DNA of 50,652 nt from Methanotrichaceae archaeon (GTDB taxonomy: Archaea; Halobacteriota; Methanosarcinia; Methanotrichales; Methanotrichaceae), in contig CAVWIG010000032.1 of assembly GCA_963754945.1 (NCBI GenBank), positions 1 through 50,652 of the forward strand. Direction: 5' to 3'. Below, in pieces: positions 30,070-41,734 of the stretch (position 1 is the first letter of the stretch; the number at the start of each line of letters is the position of its first letter). The translations under genes and the position numbers were made by a program. The notes beneath the pieces were generated by a model. It was given only the letters and a program-made list of their open reading frames with translations. It was not told the origin of the DNA and did no database searches.

Positions 30070-30795
30070 TCAGACAAAACCCTTATCCCCGAACCGATTA
30101 TAATGGACAAATCCGTCTATCTCCCGACGCACTCTCAGGAACTTGGACGGCTTAGAGATTGGATACCCAAGACGGACGGCGTAGGCTATCCTTAGACACT
30201 CTGGAATCTCAAGAATTTTCTTTACATCTTGTTCGACTGAGTCTCCGCCAAAGACACTCATTATCTGAAAACTAATCCCCAGCTCTTGGGCCATAAGCCA
30301 CATGTTCTCCATGATACAGCCAAGGCTCATGAAGCCCAAAATATCATTCTCGGAGGCAGGGGCCCTCTTTCTGACGTCATAGGTCACGATCAGCAGCATG
30401 GGACTGCCTTTGATCATCTGGTCGAGGGTTGACGGCTTACTTTCACGCGCAACCTTACTCCAATCATCCGGAGTCCTCCATGACGGAGGGAACATGGTGC
30501 CCAGGATTCCGACCTTCTTTTGGAGCAGCTCCTCCTCCGAGAACGAAAGATGTTGATAGTTCTCCCTGAGGAAATCTTCGGAGATCTTGGACTTGATGTT
30601 TCCTAACTCCTCAAGCTGTTTCTTATCATCAACGACTATTATCTCAAAGTTCTGCATGTTGTGGGCAGTAGGTGCCCAGCGTGCAGCCTCAAGGATCTGC
30701 AACAGGTCATGTTTCGATGGTGCATGGCCTTGGTCAAAGAGAACCCTAGACGAATGCCTATCCTGAATGACCTTCAGAATTTCGCTCATGATCAA
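30070..30795 (-). CDS. Nitroreductase family protein
   Basis: RHSSR, ILEAARWAPTAHNMQNF, ENMWLMAQELGI, LGYP. Confidence 0.9.
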   Translation of the reverse strand: MIMSEILKVIQDRHSSRVLFDQGHAPSKHDLLQILEAARWAPTAHNMQNFEIIVVDDKKQLEELGNIKSKISEDFLRENYQHLSFSEEELLQKKVGILGTMFPPSWRTPDDWSKVARESKPSTLDQMIKGSPMLLIVTYDVRKRAPASENDILGFMSLGCIMENMWLMAQELGISFQIMSVFGGDSVEQDVKKILEIPECLRIAYAVRLGYPISKPSKFLRVRREIDGFVHYNRFGDKGFV

Positions 30796-31804
30796 TTACC
30801 TCCCATTTTAAGAACCGCACGGAAATGAACTTTTGCGGACATCATTTTTTCATAAGCAAGGGCTGCCTGCTCCAATGGAAACACTTCGACCATCGGTCTG
30901 ACTCCAGTGAGGACGCTGAAGCGTAACGCGTCTTCAGGTTTGCCTCCGACCCAGCCGCTGATGGACCGACCGCCGCGCATCAGGTTTCCAGGAGAAATCT
31001 GCATCATCTCGTTGACATAGGTGACTATGATCATCTGCCCATTTCGGCCTAGGCCGGAGACAAGCTCGGAGATGGCCTTGCTGTTCGGTGCCGTACAGAG
31101 GATGACCTTGCTCCCCCGAGATTCATCAACTCTTTTGCAGCGTCAGCCGTATTGGTATCGATGAAGTGGTGAGCGCCCAGCTTACGAGCCAATGCCTCCT
31201 TTTCTCTACCGCGTGATAAGACTGCGGTCTCGAAACCGAGCTTGTTGGCGAACTGCAGGCCCAGATGGCCCAGCCCTCCGAGACCGTGGATCGCCACCAG
31301 GTCGCCACCTTTTGCCGAGCTATTTTGCAGGGCTCCAAAGGTTGTCCTTCCAGCGCATAGGAGAGGTGCGGCTTCCACAGGGTTAAGATTGTCAGGAACG
31401 GAATTCAAAGCCTCCATGCGGGCAACCATGAACTCCGCGTAGCCACCGTTCGTTGTGATACCAGTAGTCGATGATTCCTCGCAGGCTCCGAACTCGCCAC
31501 TTCGACAAGCAGGACATTCGAGGCAATGTCCTCCGAGCCAGCCTACGCCAACTCTTTGCCCCACCTTCCAATACTTTGATTTGGACCCCAGTTGATCTAT
31601 TATCCCAACAACTTCATGTCCAGGAATTCTGGGATATTGCAGCCCAGGAAACCGACCTTCTTTGACGATCGCATCTCCATGGCACACCCCACAAGCTTCT
31701 ACTTTAATGAGGACTTCGTTTTCTTTTGGTTTGGGGACTTCTTTGTGAACCAACTCAAAGTCTTTCCCTGGTGAACTTATTTGAATTGCTTTCATCGACG
31801 CCAT
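30792..31804 (-). pseudogene. Zn-dependent alcohol dehydrogenase, frameshifted near 31090
   Basis: CGVCHGD, PGHEVVG, structural-Zn cysteines, GLGGLGH; C-terminus (RPMVEVFPLEQA..FRAVL) lies in another frame. Confidence 0.85.
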
Positions 31805-31909
31805 GATAAACCCCTCTTATTTCCTGACTTGTAGGATACACACCCTTCTGAAATTAATCTTCAACATCATTGAATGACGATTGTCCGAAGTTTCGGCTAT
31901 ACATATCAT

Positions 31910-32983
31910 TTATAGTGCTGGGTAGTCGATATAGCCTCTTTCTTCTCCTGCATAAAAGGTCGTTATATCAGGCATATTAAGTGAAGCGCTCCTCTTGAAG
32001 CGTTCAGGCAGGTCTGGATTTGCCAGGAAAAGAGAGCCATATGCGATAAGGTCCGCTTCATTTTTTTGAATTGCCTCATTTCCTTTCTCAGCGTCGTAAC
32101 CCCCATTCAAAATGAAGGATCCCTTAAAGATCTCGCGAATAGTTGAGGCAAACCGCGCTTCGGGCGGTATTAGCATCGGCCCAGCAACGCGTTCTATCAT
32201 GTGAAGATATCCAAGTTTGAGGTCATTTAGCTCCGCTGCAAAATAGGAAAAGGTTTCATGTGGATTCGAATCAGACATTGAATACCCTTGGAAATGGGGC
32301 GAAATTCTGTATCCAACCCTGTTTGCACCAAATACCTCTAAAACAGCCTCAACGACTTCAAGAGGAAGACGCACACGATTCTGTAGACTCCCGCCATATT
32401 GATCGGTTCGACGATTTGAACCGTCTCTCAAGAATTGATCCAACAAATAACCATTGGCTCCATGAATCTCGACCCCATCAAAACCAGCATCTTTAGCATT
32501 CTTAGCTCCTTTTCTGAATTGATTGATGATACTTGGTATCTCATCGAGTTCGAGAGCGCGTGGAGTCTCGATTTTCTTTTTACCTAATGGAGTATGTACT
32601 TCACCCTCAACAGGAAGTGCGGAGGGTGCAACTGGTAATTCTCCTTCATGAAAATCAGGATGCGATACTCTTCCTACATGCCAGAGTTGAAGGAAAATCT
32701 TGCTTCCTGATTGGTGAACTGCTTCAGTCACCTTCCTCCAGCCTGCAATCTGGTCCGGAGAATAGATACCTGGAGTGCGAACATAACCAGCTCCCTGATG
32801 GCTAACTTGTGACCCTTCAGTAATAATCAAACCTGCCTGAGCTCTTTGTTCGTAATATGTGATTGCTAACGGATTTGGGATGTTCCCTTCAACGCCTCGG
32901 CACCTGGTCATAGGCGCCATGACCATGCGGTTTGATAGTTTGATACTGCCAAATGTGTACTGAGAGAATAAATCCATATCCAA
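31910..32983 (-). CDS. Old Yellow Enzyme family NADH:flavin oxidoreductase (alkene reductase)
   Basis: [44 protein letters not shown]. Confidence 0.95.
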   Translation of the reverse strand: MDMDLFSQYTFGSIKLSNRMVMAPMTRCRGVEGNIPNPLAITYYEQRAQAGLIITEGSQVSHQGAGYVRTPGIYSPDQIAGWRKVTEAVHQSGSKIFLQLWHVGRVSHPDFHEGELPVAPSALPVEGEVHTPLGKKKIETPRALELDEIPSIINQFRKGAKNAKDAGFDGVEIHGANGYLLDQFLRDGSNRRTDQYGGSLQNRVRLPLEVVEAVLEVFGANRVGYRISPHFQGYSMSDSNPHETFSYFAAELNDLKLGYLHMIERVAGPMLIPPEARFASTIREIFKGSFILNGGYDAEKGNEAIQKNEADLIAYGSLFLANPDLPERFKRSASLNMPDITTFYAGEERGYIDYPAL

Positions 32984-33102
32984 TCCTTGTCTTTAAAGAT
33001 ATTTCTTTCTTATCGTCTTACCGAGTAGTCCTCAGGAAGGCCCAAACACCCTTGCAATGTTGGTGGGAAATCTTAAATTGCTCTGAGAAAAATACCGATC
33101 AT

Positions 33103-35712
33103 ATGAATTCTTCATTTCAACGTTCTCTTCCTGAGGGTCTTGAGGTACTATACGAACTTGCCTTAGACCTTCGCTGGAACGAGCGTTGCGCAGCAGATTT
33201 GATCTGGGGAAGGTTGGATCCTGAGGCCTGGGAGCGAACCAGTAATCCCTACATGATTCTGGAGAATATTTCAGAGGAGCGATTGGAAGAAATCTCCGAA
33301 GATGAAGTGTTCAAGAAGGAACTCCAGTTCTGGACGGAAAGCAGGAAAAAAGGCCAAGAGGAGAAGTGCTGGTTCGATAGGCTTGGCTACTGTTACCTGA
33401 TGGGAAAAATAGCCTATTTCAGCATGGAGTTCGGATTAAGCGAGGCGCTGCCAATCTATTCCGGTGGCCTGGGAATACTTGCTGGAGACCACCTCAAGAC
33501 TGCTAGTACAGCCGGGCCTAAATAGCACTATGATTTATACCTTTCACAGCAATGGATTATCCAGTTATATTCGTGGCCTTAATTAGGCCTGGCTGTACTA
33601 GTGACTTAGGAGTCCCTCTGATAGGGTTGGGGCTACTATACCAGCAAGGCTATTTCCATCAGGTTCTAGCCGATGATGGTTCACAGATAGAGGCCTTTCC
33701 TTATAACGATCCTTTAACGCTGCCCGTGGTTCCTGTGCGAAAGGATGATGGAAGCCGTCTGAGAGTTAAGCTTCTGCTTCCAGGAAGGGATCTATACCTC
33801 AGGGTCTGGAAAGCTCAGGTTGGAAGAGTTGACCTTTACCTCCTTGATTCCAATGATCCATTGAACAGCCCTTGGGATAGGGCAACTACAGCTAATCTCT
33901 ACGATCCTGGAGAGGAACGACGTCTAATCCAGGAGTTAGTCCTAGGAGCAGGAGGCTGGTTAGCCCTACAGGCTATGGGCATAGAGGTTGATGTATGCCA
34001 TATCAACGAGGGCCATGCCTCATTTCTGGTGTTGGCCAGAGCTTATAGTTTCATGATGAAACACAGAGTGCCCTTCTCCGTTGCCCTTTGGGCAACCAGG
34101 GCCGGCAACGTTTTCACGACTCATACTGCCGTTGCTGCAGGCTTTGATAGCTTTGACAAATCTCTAATCTATCGATATGCTCGGTGGGCCGCGGAATCTG
34201 TTGGGATCACAGCAGAAGAACTGATGAATTTAGGTAGGGTAAACCCTGATGACGAAAACAGCCCTTATGTCATGGCTCTCTTGGCCATGCGAGGATGTTC
34301 CCGCGTTAACGGCGTAAGCCGTCTTCATGGAGAAGTGGGTCGAAGGATCTTCCAGCCCCTGTTCCCTCGATGGCCTCAAGCCGAAGTTCCTGTTGACCAC
34401 ATCACCAATGGAGTGCACGTTTCATCCTGGGAATCTCCTGCAACAAAGAAAATTTGGAGTCGTGCATGCGGTTATGAGCCTAAAGATCTAACCGATGTCG
34501 AGACTGTTCTGGAGCTATCAAGATTAGGAGATGCGGATCTGTGGAGCTTCCGGGCTGAAGAACGCAAGAGCCTGGTAGATTATATCAGGCGCAGATTGGC
34601 CCGTCAGCTTCAGGAGCATGGCGCTGACGCCGAAAAAATCCAGAAGGCCAGTCACGTTCTCGACCCTAATGCCCTGACCATAGGATTCGCCCGGAGGTTT
34701 GCCTCTTACAAGAGGCCTAACCTCCTGCTTCGTGATGCCGATAGGTTTGCCCGGATCCTTAAGGACTCGAAACGTCCAGTTCAATTCGTAGTGGCAGGGA
34801 AAGCCCATCCCAAAGATGATGAAGCCAAGAGAATGGTCAAGGAAATGGCTCAGTTTGCCTCTCGACCGGATCTCTTCGATAGAGTAGTCTTCCTGGAGGA
34901 TTACGATATAGCCTTAGCTCAGAAGCTCTTGTCTGGAGTTGATCTGTGGATCAATGTTCCGTGCCGTCCCATGGAGGCATCAGGAACAAGTGGTATGAAG
35001 ATCCTGGCTAAATGGCGGCCTGAACCTCTCTGTCCTTGATGGCTGGTGGGCAGAGGCCTATGATCCTGAAGTAGGCTGGAGTTTAGGAGATGGACGTGAT
35101 TACCTGGGCCCTCAGCAGGACGAAAGTGACGCTGAGCAGCTCTACAAACTTTTGGAAGAACAAGTAATTCCTGAGTTTTACACCCGCGACAGTGAAGGAT
35201 TTCCCGGTGCCTGGATTGCTCGTATCAGAGCTAGTATGTCAAAGCTTACACCAAGGTTCAGCAGCGATCGGATGATGCGGGAGTATGTGGAAAAGATCTA
35301 CCTGACCGCATCCGAGGCATCCAAGAGCCGAGAAGCAGAAGGTTGCAGGCTGGCCAAAGAGCTGGACATTTGGGCCAAAGGATTAGCTGAAAACTGGAGC
35401 AGCATGCGATTCTTGGGCACAAGCGTTTCCAGAGATGGCGATGACTGGAAGTTTGAGGTTCAGGTCTACTTCGGTGAAATCGATCCGAGCGCGGTTAAGA
35501 TGGAACTCTACGCAGATCCAATAGATGATAAAGGCCCAATGAAGGTGGCAATGACCCAAGAGGGCGCCATCCCTGGAGTGGTCAATGGATATCTATATAG
35601 GGCTCGATTGGCTGCGGCACATCCTGCAGATCATTACACGCCTCGGATAGTTCCCTATCATCCGGCTGCTCTCGTACCTTTAGAAGAGAGTCATATCTTA
35701 TGGGAGCATTGA
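33103..35712 (+). pseudogene. glgP: Alpha-glucan (glycogen) phosphorylase disrupted by a MITE and a frameshift near 35010
   Basis: [47 protein letters not shown], then out-of-frame NGGLNLSVLDGWW. Confidence 0.92.
33506..33598. mobile_element. 93-bp IS630-type MITE
   Basis: TIR GTACAGCCGGGCCTAA / TTAGGCCTGGCTGTAC; TA duplicated at CTAG; removal restores K-T-A-S-D-L-G of glgP. Confidence 0.9.
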
Positions 35713-36095
35713 GAGTTATCAGTCTATCAATGGATGATGATCTAATGGATTGATCAAATTCCCTGTTTATATCATAAACAGAACTATTATAGTACCGGTA
35801 AATTATCTGGATCCACGAGAGGATCACGCCATCTCCGGGGAGTTTCTCATGCAGATCAAGGAGATGGCCGAGAACATGGCTTCCAGGTACGCGGACGAGC
35901 TGGACGACGCCGATGTCAAGAGTTGGCCATTCACCGCACGTTTAGCAGGCTGAACTATTATCACAGGTGCTCCGAGGCCTCGGCTGCGCAGGCGCATATG
36001 AAGCAGGACCTTCCCCTGGCTCCAGGGGATAAGCACTTTTGGGGAGTAACCTAGGCCAAAGTACGAGTTGCTGATGTATTCGTGCAGATACAGCA

Positions 36096-36332
36096 TCAAT
36101 ATAGTGACTGTGGTGCTATGATTTCCAATTTCGGAGCCCAATCGATAGCATTGATTTCCTCAATCTTCAGAAGGCTTATACCATCTGGATCTTCAAGCAC
36201 CATATGATAGTCATCAAATTCAACGATTTTTCCAGTCCAGACGCCGATGCCTATGGTGACATCGATCTCCTGACCTCGAAGTTTATCGAGAAAATCGAGA
36301 ATTGTGGATTTCGTTACCCCCGATCGCTTCAT
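36096..36332 (-). CDS. Small Sm/Lsm-like fold protein
   Basis: FLDKLRGQEIDVTI..WTGKIVEFDDYHMVLE..LLKIEEINAI; ATG after GGAGGAG. Confidence 0.55.
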   Translation of the reverse strand: MKRSGVTKSTILDFLDKLRGQEIDVTIGIGVWTGKIVEFDDYHMVLEDPDGISLLKIEEINAIDWAPKLEIIAPQSLY

Positions 36333-36731
36333 CAAACTCTCCTCCATTATCGACACGCATCGAAAGCTAACCCGAATTTGTTTCGTAGAACTCTCGTAGC
36401 GCACTAACTATTTATTAGCTACTGTGTTAGCTCCGTAGTTCGACAATCAACGAATATAAATCTTACGATTCAACAGCGCTTGTAGAGCTTGGCATTCATA
36501 TACAAATCCACTTCGAAATGATACAGGCAAATCCAGAGGAGGATGGGGCAGAGATGGGAAAGAAACACTCCAGAAAGGCTTTACGCATTTGATGGCCCGC
36601 TAGGGCGGCAGTGTTTTTTTGTAATGGGGAGGTATGAGGGAGTGCGCCAAGGTAACTTAGTATTTCTCTATCCCACACCCCAGAGGAAATGCATCATGCT
36701 TATTTAGCCGAGCCGAGTTGTTATATTCTGT

Positions 36732-37679
36732 TTAGCCCTCACAACTGACAATCGTATGCTCGTATCCCTTCGGCTCCAGCCTTCGCCTCCCGCCCCGTGA
36801 TTCCATCCAGATGCCTTCTTCGACCACATACCCTATAACCGTCAGGTCGCACGCCTTCCTGGCTGCCTCCAGCATATCCGGCTTAACTGTGAACACAAGC
36901 TCGAAGTCCCCTCCGGCCCTCAGCATAAGATCCACCGCATCCTTGTGCCCAACCATCTCCTCGATGCCTTTTGCTATGGGCAAAGCTTCCTCTTCCACAA
37001 CGAACCCAACGCCGCTGACCTCCGCCAGATCGGACATCGACAGAGCCAGGCCGTCGCTGTTGTCCATCATGGCAGTGACAGATCTGGATTTAGCCAGGGC
37101 CCTGCCCTCCTTCAGCCTGGGCTGGGGCTCGAGCAAGTTCTCAACAAATTCATTCTTCAGATCGCCCTGCTTCCAGGCCAACAGGCCAGCGCCCGCCGCG
37201 CCTAGGGCGCCGGTGGTGCAGAGCAGATCGCCAGGACGAGCCCCGCTGCGCCGCAGGATCAGATCCTTCTCCACGAACCCGAAGACGGACCCTACCAGCG
37301 TCAGCTCATCAGTTGAGTCCAGGTCGCCGCCCAGAACTTTGGTCCCATAGATGTTGGCGCACTCCCCAAAGCCGGAGAACATCTCGTCGATGAAGTACAG
37401 GTCCGTGTCCTGCGGTATTCCCGCTGCGATTAAGACCCCTGATGGCTCCGCACCCATGGCGGCCACATCGCTCAGGTTGACGGCCACGGTCATCCAGCCG
37501 ATCTGCCAGGGGGTCATGATGTCGGGAAAGTCCGACTTTCGATGGAGCATATCAGTAGTCGCGACCATAAACCGATCGCCTGCGTCCACCACTGCGCAGT
37601 CGTCGTTGACAATACCTCCCAGGATCTCTGAGATCCTCCGGATGAGCTGGCGCTCGCCGATGTGATTGCATAGAGCCAT
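36732..37679 (-). CDS. thiL: Thiamine-monophosphate kinase
   Basis: GERQLI, DDCAV, TTDML, AVNLSDVAAMGA, GGDL, DNSDGL, GGDFELVFT. Confidence 0.95.
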   Translation of the reverse strand: MALCNHIGERQLIRRISEILGGIVNDDCAVVDAGDRFMVATTDMLHRKSDFPDIMTPWQIGWMTVAVNLSDVAAMGAEPSGVLIAAGIPQDTDLYFIDEMFSGFGECANIYGTKVLGGDLDSTDELTLVGSVFGFVEKDLILRRSGARPGDLLCTTGALGAAGAGLLAWKQGDLKNEFVENLLEPQPRLKEGRALAKSRSVTAMMDNSDGLALSMSDLAEVSGVGFVVEEEALPIAKGIEEMVGHKDAVDLMLRAGGDFELVFTVKPDMLEAARKACDLTVIGYVVEEGIWMESRGGRRRLEPKGYEHTIVSCEG

Positions 37680-37918
37680 GGTCCAACCTGTCTGGTCTAA
37701 TAAGGTAATATAAGGGAATATAGATTGAGTATTCTGGCTTTAAGTTATGCCTCGCCCCGCTTTTCTTACAGCCCAAGAGTGCTGCATCTTTGGAGCTTAG
37801 AGTCGGACCTATATCCTCGGTCGATTATTTCAGATTCGACGTCTGCTAGTGGTCGAAACAAATTGTGGCCAACACAAAGTTTTTGAGGTTTCAGCGTCGT
37901 TACATAAAGGAGGATTCA

Positions 37919-38869
37919 ATGGCTTACTCCGAAAAGATGCTGGTCGTTGCGATGATCTTCACCGTCTCTGTAATTCTCATGGGTTTATCTAATGCAGATG
38001 TGACCGTATGCCCTGACGGCTGCAGCCACAACAGCATCCAAGCAGCCATCGACGCCGCCAAGCCTGGCGACTCTGTAGTTGTGCACGGTCCGGCTTACAG
38101 AGAAAACCTGGTAGTGAACAAGTCCTTGACGATTCACGGTTTGATTTCGAATGGTCAGCGTCCCGTCCTGGAAGCGGATAACGATAGCGTTGCAATCCTA
38201 TCGGCTGACGGCATCAACCTCTACGGATTTAGCTTTGTTAACTCTCAGAGACCGGCCAACTCCAGTGATGGGGCAAAAGATTGCAGCATCCTGGTTGTCG
38301 ATTCTCAGGATAATTCAATCTACCTTAACGACTTTGCCGACAGTAGAGGAATATGCTCTAATGGATCGAGCTTCTGGAACTCCAGCCAGAGTATAAACTA
38401 CCAGTACAACAGCAAGATCTTCAGCGGCAAAATGGGTAACTACTGGAGCGATTACACAGGCTCCGACAAAGATGGCGACGGTATAGGTGATCAACCAAAG
38501 GTCATAGATGCTAACAACGTCGATTACCACCCACTGATGGTGCCATCTGAGGGCTATGTGATCAAAGGAGAGAAGCTTGAGGTCGAGAACGCAATTCAGG
38601 CAAAGCTGAACAAGCCTTTCGACATATCCTTTGATTCAAACCCCACAACCGGATACGTCTGGACAGTAGATTTTGATTACCGCTTCCTGAATGAGTACGA
38701 GAAACCCTACCTTCCAAGCCAACCGGGACTCATAGGCGGTGGAGGTCAGCAGGTCTTCGCCTTCACCCCAGTTCACGTTGGCAAGACAACGGTATCCGCA
38801 GTCTACAAGCGACCCTGGGAGAACATAGCGGCAGACGAAAGGACGTTTGACATAATTATATCCGAATAA
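37919..38869 (+). CDS. Secreted NosD/beta-helix-like protein with C-terminal chagasin (I42) protease-inhibitor domain
   Basis: Signal peptide; SIQAAIDAAKPGD; GNYWSDYTG.DKDGDGIGD; SNPTTGYVW..GGGG..YKRPWE. Confidence 0.8.
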   Translation: MAYSEKMLVVAMIFTVSVILMGLSNADVTVCPDGCSHNSIQAAIDAAKPGDSVVVHGPAYRENLVVNKSLTIHGLISNGQRPVLEADNDSVAILSADGINLYGFSFVNSQRPANSSDGAKDCSILVVDSQDNSIYLNDFADSRGICSNGSSFWNSSQSINYQYNSKIFSGKMGNYWSDYTGSDKDGDGIGDQPKVIDANNVDYHPLMVPSEGYVIKGEKLEVENAIQAKLNKPFDISFDSNPTTGYVWTVDFDYRFLNEYEKPYLPSQPGLIGGGGQQVFAFTPVHVGKTTVSAVYKRPWENIAADERTFDIIISE

Positions 38870-38974
38870 GTATTAATGAGGAAAGGAGAAGCAGTTCCTT
38901 AGCTTTTTTATCCTTTAATTTGTTGTCCCTACCTGCGGAAGAAAGGTGAAATACCACCGATTCAATCTTGACTC

Positions 38975-39841
38975 ATGCACTTCGGAATAGTCGTCTCTGA
39001 TCCTGAAGACTGGACAGCAAAGTCGCTTCGGACGGCTTTCCTAAAAAGGGGCTCTGACGCGGATTTCCTGAACTTCTCTGAGCTTTCTGCTTTCATCGGG
39101 GCAGAAGTCCGGCTCACCTGCGGTGGCGTAAGCCTTACTGATATTGACGTGCTGGTTGTCAGAGACTTGGGTCGTGGCAAGCCCGTTGATGTCGCCTTCA
39201 GGTTCGAGATACTGAACGCCTTGGAGGATCGGGGAATACCAGTAATCAACCCGCCGGAGGCAATAGCCAGGGCTGCGAACAAGCTAGGCACGACACTGGC
39301 ACTTGAGCTGGCAGAAGTCCCCACACCCGCAACGGCCACGACATCCAACTTGAAGGCGGCCCTGGAATTCTTAGCGAAATACAAGAAGGTGGTCTCTAAG
39401 CCCCTCTTCGGTTACAAAGGCCGTGGAATTGTCCTGCTGACAGAAGAAGATAAAACTGTACTGCGAACGACCCTCGAATCACAGGGAATTGTTTACCTTC
39501 AGGAGTTCATTCATCTTGCAAGCCCAAGGGATATCAGGGCCTTTGTTGTGAACGGCGAAGTTCTGGGGGCCATCTACAGAGTGGCTCCCGTCGGTGCTTG
39601 GATCAGCAACCTGGCCAGGGGGGGGAAGGCGGAAGCCTGTCCGGTTACGGACGAGCTGAGAGATCTGGCGGTCAGAGCATGCCGAGCTGTAGGCGCAGTC
39701 TACAGCGGCGTTGACTTGCTTGAGGCATCAGATGGCCTAAAAGTCATAGAGGTCAACGGGACTCCCTCAGGAAAGGGCATCTACGATGCCTTGGGAGTGG
39801 ATGTGACCGAGGCCATAGCCAACTACGTCATCGGCCTATAG
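38975..39841 (+). CDS. mptN: RimK-family ATP-grasp ligase, probable tetrahydromethanopterin:alpha-L-glutamate ligase
   Basis: KPLFGYKGRG, YLQEFI, RDIRAFVV, WISNLARGG, GVDLL, IEVNGTP. Confidence 0.75.
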   Translation: MHFGIVVSDPEDWTAKSLRTAFLKRGSDADFLNFSELSAFIGAEVRLTCGGVSLTDIDVLVVRDLGRGKPVDVAFRFEILNALEDRGIPVINPPEAIARAANKLGTTLALELAEVPTPATATTSNLKAALEFLAKYKKVVSKPLFGYKGRGIVLLTEEDKTVLRTTLESQGIVYLQEFIHLASPRDIRAFVVNGEVLGAIYRVAPVGAWISNLARGGKAEACPVTDELRDLAVRACRAVGAVYSGVDLLEASDGLKVIEVNGTPSGKGIYDALGVDVTEAIANYVIGL

Positions 39842-39909
39842 TTCCTCACCTCAGCCATAACTCGGCCATCAAAATAGTTATCTACGTTGCGGCACACCTT
39901 GGAGGCCAT

Positions 39910-41175
39910 ATGTTCACCATACTCACGGGGGCACAGTTCGGAGACGAGGGAAAGGGCAAGGTAATCGATCTTCTGGCCGAGAATTACGATATAGTCGTCC
40001 GCTTTCAGGGTGGAGATAACGCCGGCCACACAGTAGTGGTAGGAGGAAAGACCTACAAGCTTCACCTGGTGCCGAGCGGTGCTCTCTTCGAGAAGAGGCT
40101 TCTGGTCGGTCCTGGAGTAGTGCTGAACCCCCGCGTCCTGTGGAGCGAGATTGAAGCCCTGGAGGCAGAGGGGTTGAAGCTGGACCTGGGCATCGACGCT
40201 AAGACAAGCATTATCATGCCCTATCACATCGAGCTGGATGGGCTCCGTGAGAAAGCCAGGACAGAGAAGATCGGTACCACCAACCGGGGGATCGGCTTTG
40301 CTTATGTGGACAAGATCGCTCGCGAGGAGGTGCAGATGGAAGACCTAACCGACCCCGCCCTTCTGGAAGCCAAGTTGAATGAGATAGGGCCAGCTAAAGA
40401 GAAAGCCATAGCGGAGATGGGTGGCGATCCGACCATCGTTAAGTACGGGCCCTTCATCGACGAGTACCTGGAGATCGGAAAGAAGCTGAAGGACATGGTA
40501 GTCGATGTCTCTAGAGAGATCAACGCTGCCCTTGACGAGGACAAGACCGTCCTAGCCGAGGGTGCTCAGGGAGCGTTCCTTGATGTAATTCACGGAACCC
40601 AAAAGTTCGTCACCTCCAGCTTCACAACTGCGGGCAGCGCCTGTGCTAACCTGGGCGTAGGTCCAGTGATGGTGGACAACGTTGTAGGGGTTATCAAAGC
40701 CTACATCACAAGGGTAGGCGAAGGGCCGATGCCAACCGAGCTGAAAGACGAGACGGGCGCACGGATGAGGGAGATGGGCGGAGAGTATGGGACGACTACT
40801 GGACGGCCAAGAAGGTGCGGGTGGTTCGATGCAGTTCTGGCTTTGAAGTCCTGCTACCTGAACGGCTATACCGAATTGGCCCTGACCAAGCTGGATGTAC
40901 TTACGGGGCTTAATACGTTAAAGATGTGCGTTGGATATAATCTCGACGGCGAGGAGCTTGGCTATCCTCCAGAGAGCACTGCACGACTGGCAAGATGCCA
41001 GCCCATCTATGAGGACATGCCAGGTTGGGCTGAAGACATCACCTGTATAGAGTCTTACAAAGATCTGCCCGCAAATGCCAAGCTCTATGTCGAAAAGTTG
41101 GAGGATCTGCTGGGCGTGGACATAACGGGAGTGTCGATCGGCCCCGGTCGAGAGCAGACGCTGTTCAGAGACTAG
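39910..41175 (+). CDS. purA: Adenylosuccinate synthetase
   Basis: GAQFGDEGKGK, GGDNAGHT, EGAQG, EYGTTTGRPRRCGWFD, TKLDVL. Confidence 0.98.
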   Translation: MFTILTGAQFGDEGKGKVIDLLAENYDIVVRFQGGDNAGHTVVVGGKTYKLHLVPSGALFEKRLLVGPGVVLNPRVLWSEIEALEAEGLKLDLGIDAKTSIIMPYHIELDGLREKARTEKIGTTNRGIGFAYVDKIAREEVQMEDLTDPALLEAKLNEIGPAKEKAIAEMGGDPTIVKYGPFIDEYLEIGKKLKDMVVDVSREINAALDEDKTVLAEGAQGAFLDVIHGTQKFVTSSFTTAGSACANLGVGPVMVDNVVGVIKAYITRVGEGPMPTELKDETGARMREMGGEYGTTTGRPRRCGWFDAVLALKSCYLNGYTELALTKLDVLTGLNTLKMCVGYNLDGEELGYPPESTARLARCQPIYEDMPGWAEDITCIESYKDLPANAKLYVEKLEDLLGVDITGVSIGPGREQTLFRD

Positions 41176-41289
41176 TTTAGTACTCAAAAACCGCAAGCTG
41201 ATGACTGAAAACCCTTGGAGACTATCATAGCGAAGATGAAAAGAAAAAACTTAGGCGAGTGCCGAAAGCTGTCAAAATCAAAGGCAGGT

Positions 41290-41403
41290 TCACTTAATAG
41301 CACTCTGCCCCCTCGCCTGAGCCTTTTGCCGTCTCTCCTCCTGCTTTGCTTTTCTTTCCGCCTCTCGTGGATTTCCTGTGCTTTTCTTGAAAATGCTGAT
41401 CAA
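41290..41403 (-). CDS. Putative 37-aa basic small protein
   Basis: AGGAGG 6 nt upstream of TTG; MISIFKKSTGNPREAERKAKQEERRQKAQARGQSAIK; below the ORF-track cutoff. Confidence 0.45.
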   Translation of the reverse strand: MISIFKKSTGNPREAERKAKQEERRQKAQARGQSAIK

Positions 41404-41734
41404 GATTAGCCTCCTATTTAATGATTAATGTAGCATAATCCCTTGCGAGTATTAATTTGTTCCCCCCCCAGTAACGCAGATTTGGGGGACGTTTCCGCAG
41501 ACCGGCAGAGAATTTCTCTCTGTTCTTCCGTGATGCGATGCTCTTTACCTCTTATGCATCTCGAATTTCAATAATATCAAAGATGCGCTTCCGTTAATAG
41601 AATCCATATATTCTGATGCTATCGTTTTGCCGGTATTGGGTACTGGAGTGGGCTGAACAAGCGCGAAATTTATGCCTAGAGTTTCTTGAGATAAGTTCAG
41701 CGACAACTTATTAGAGAATCGCGACCCAGTAACG

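Noticed and set aside
35750-36095. GC-rich coding-like fragment after glgP
   Set aside because: Broken frames and no recognisable motif
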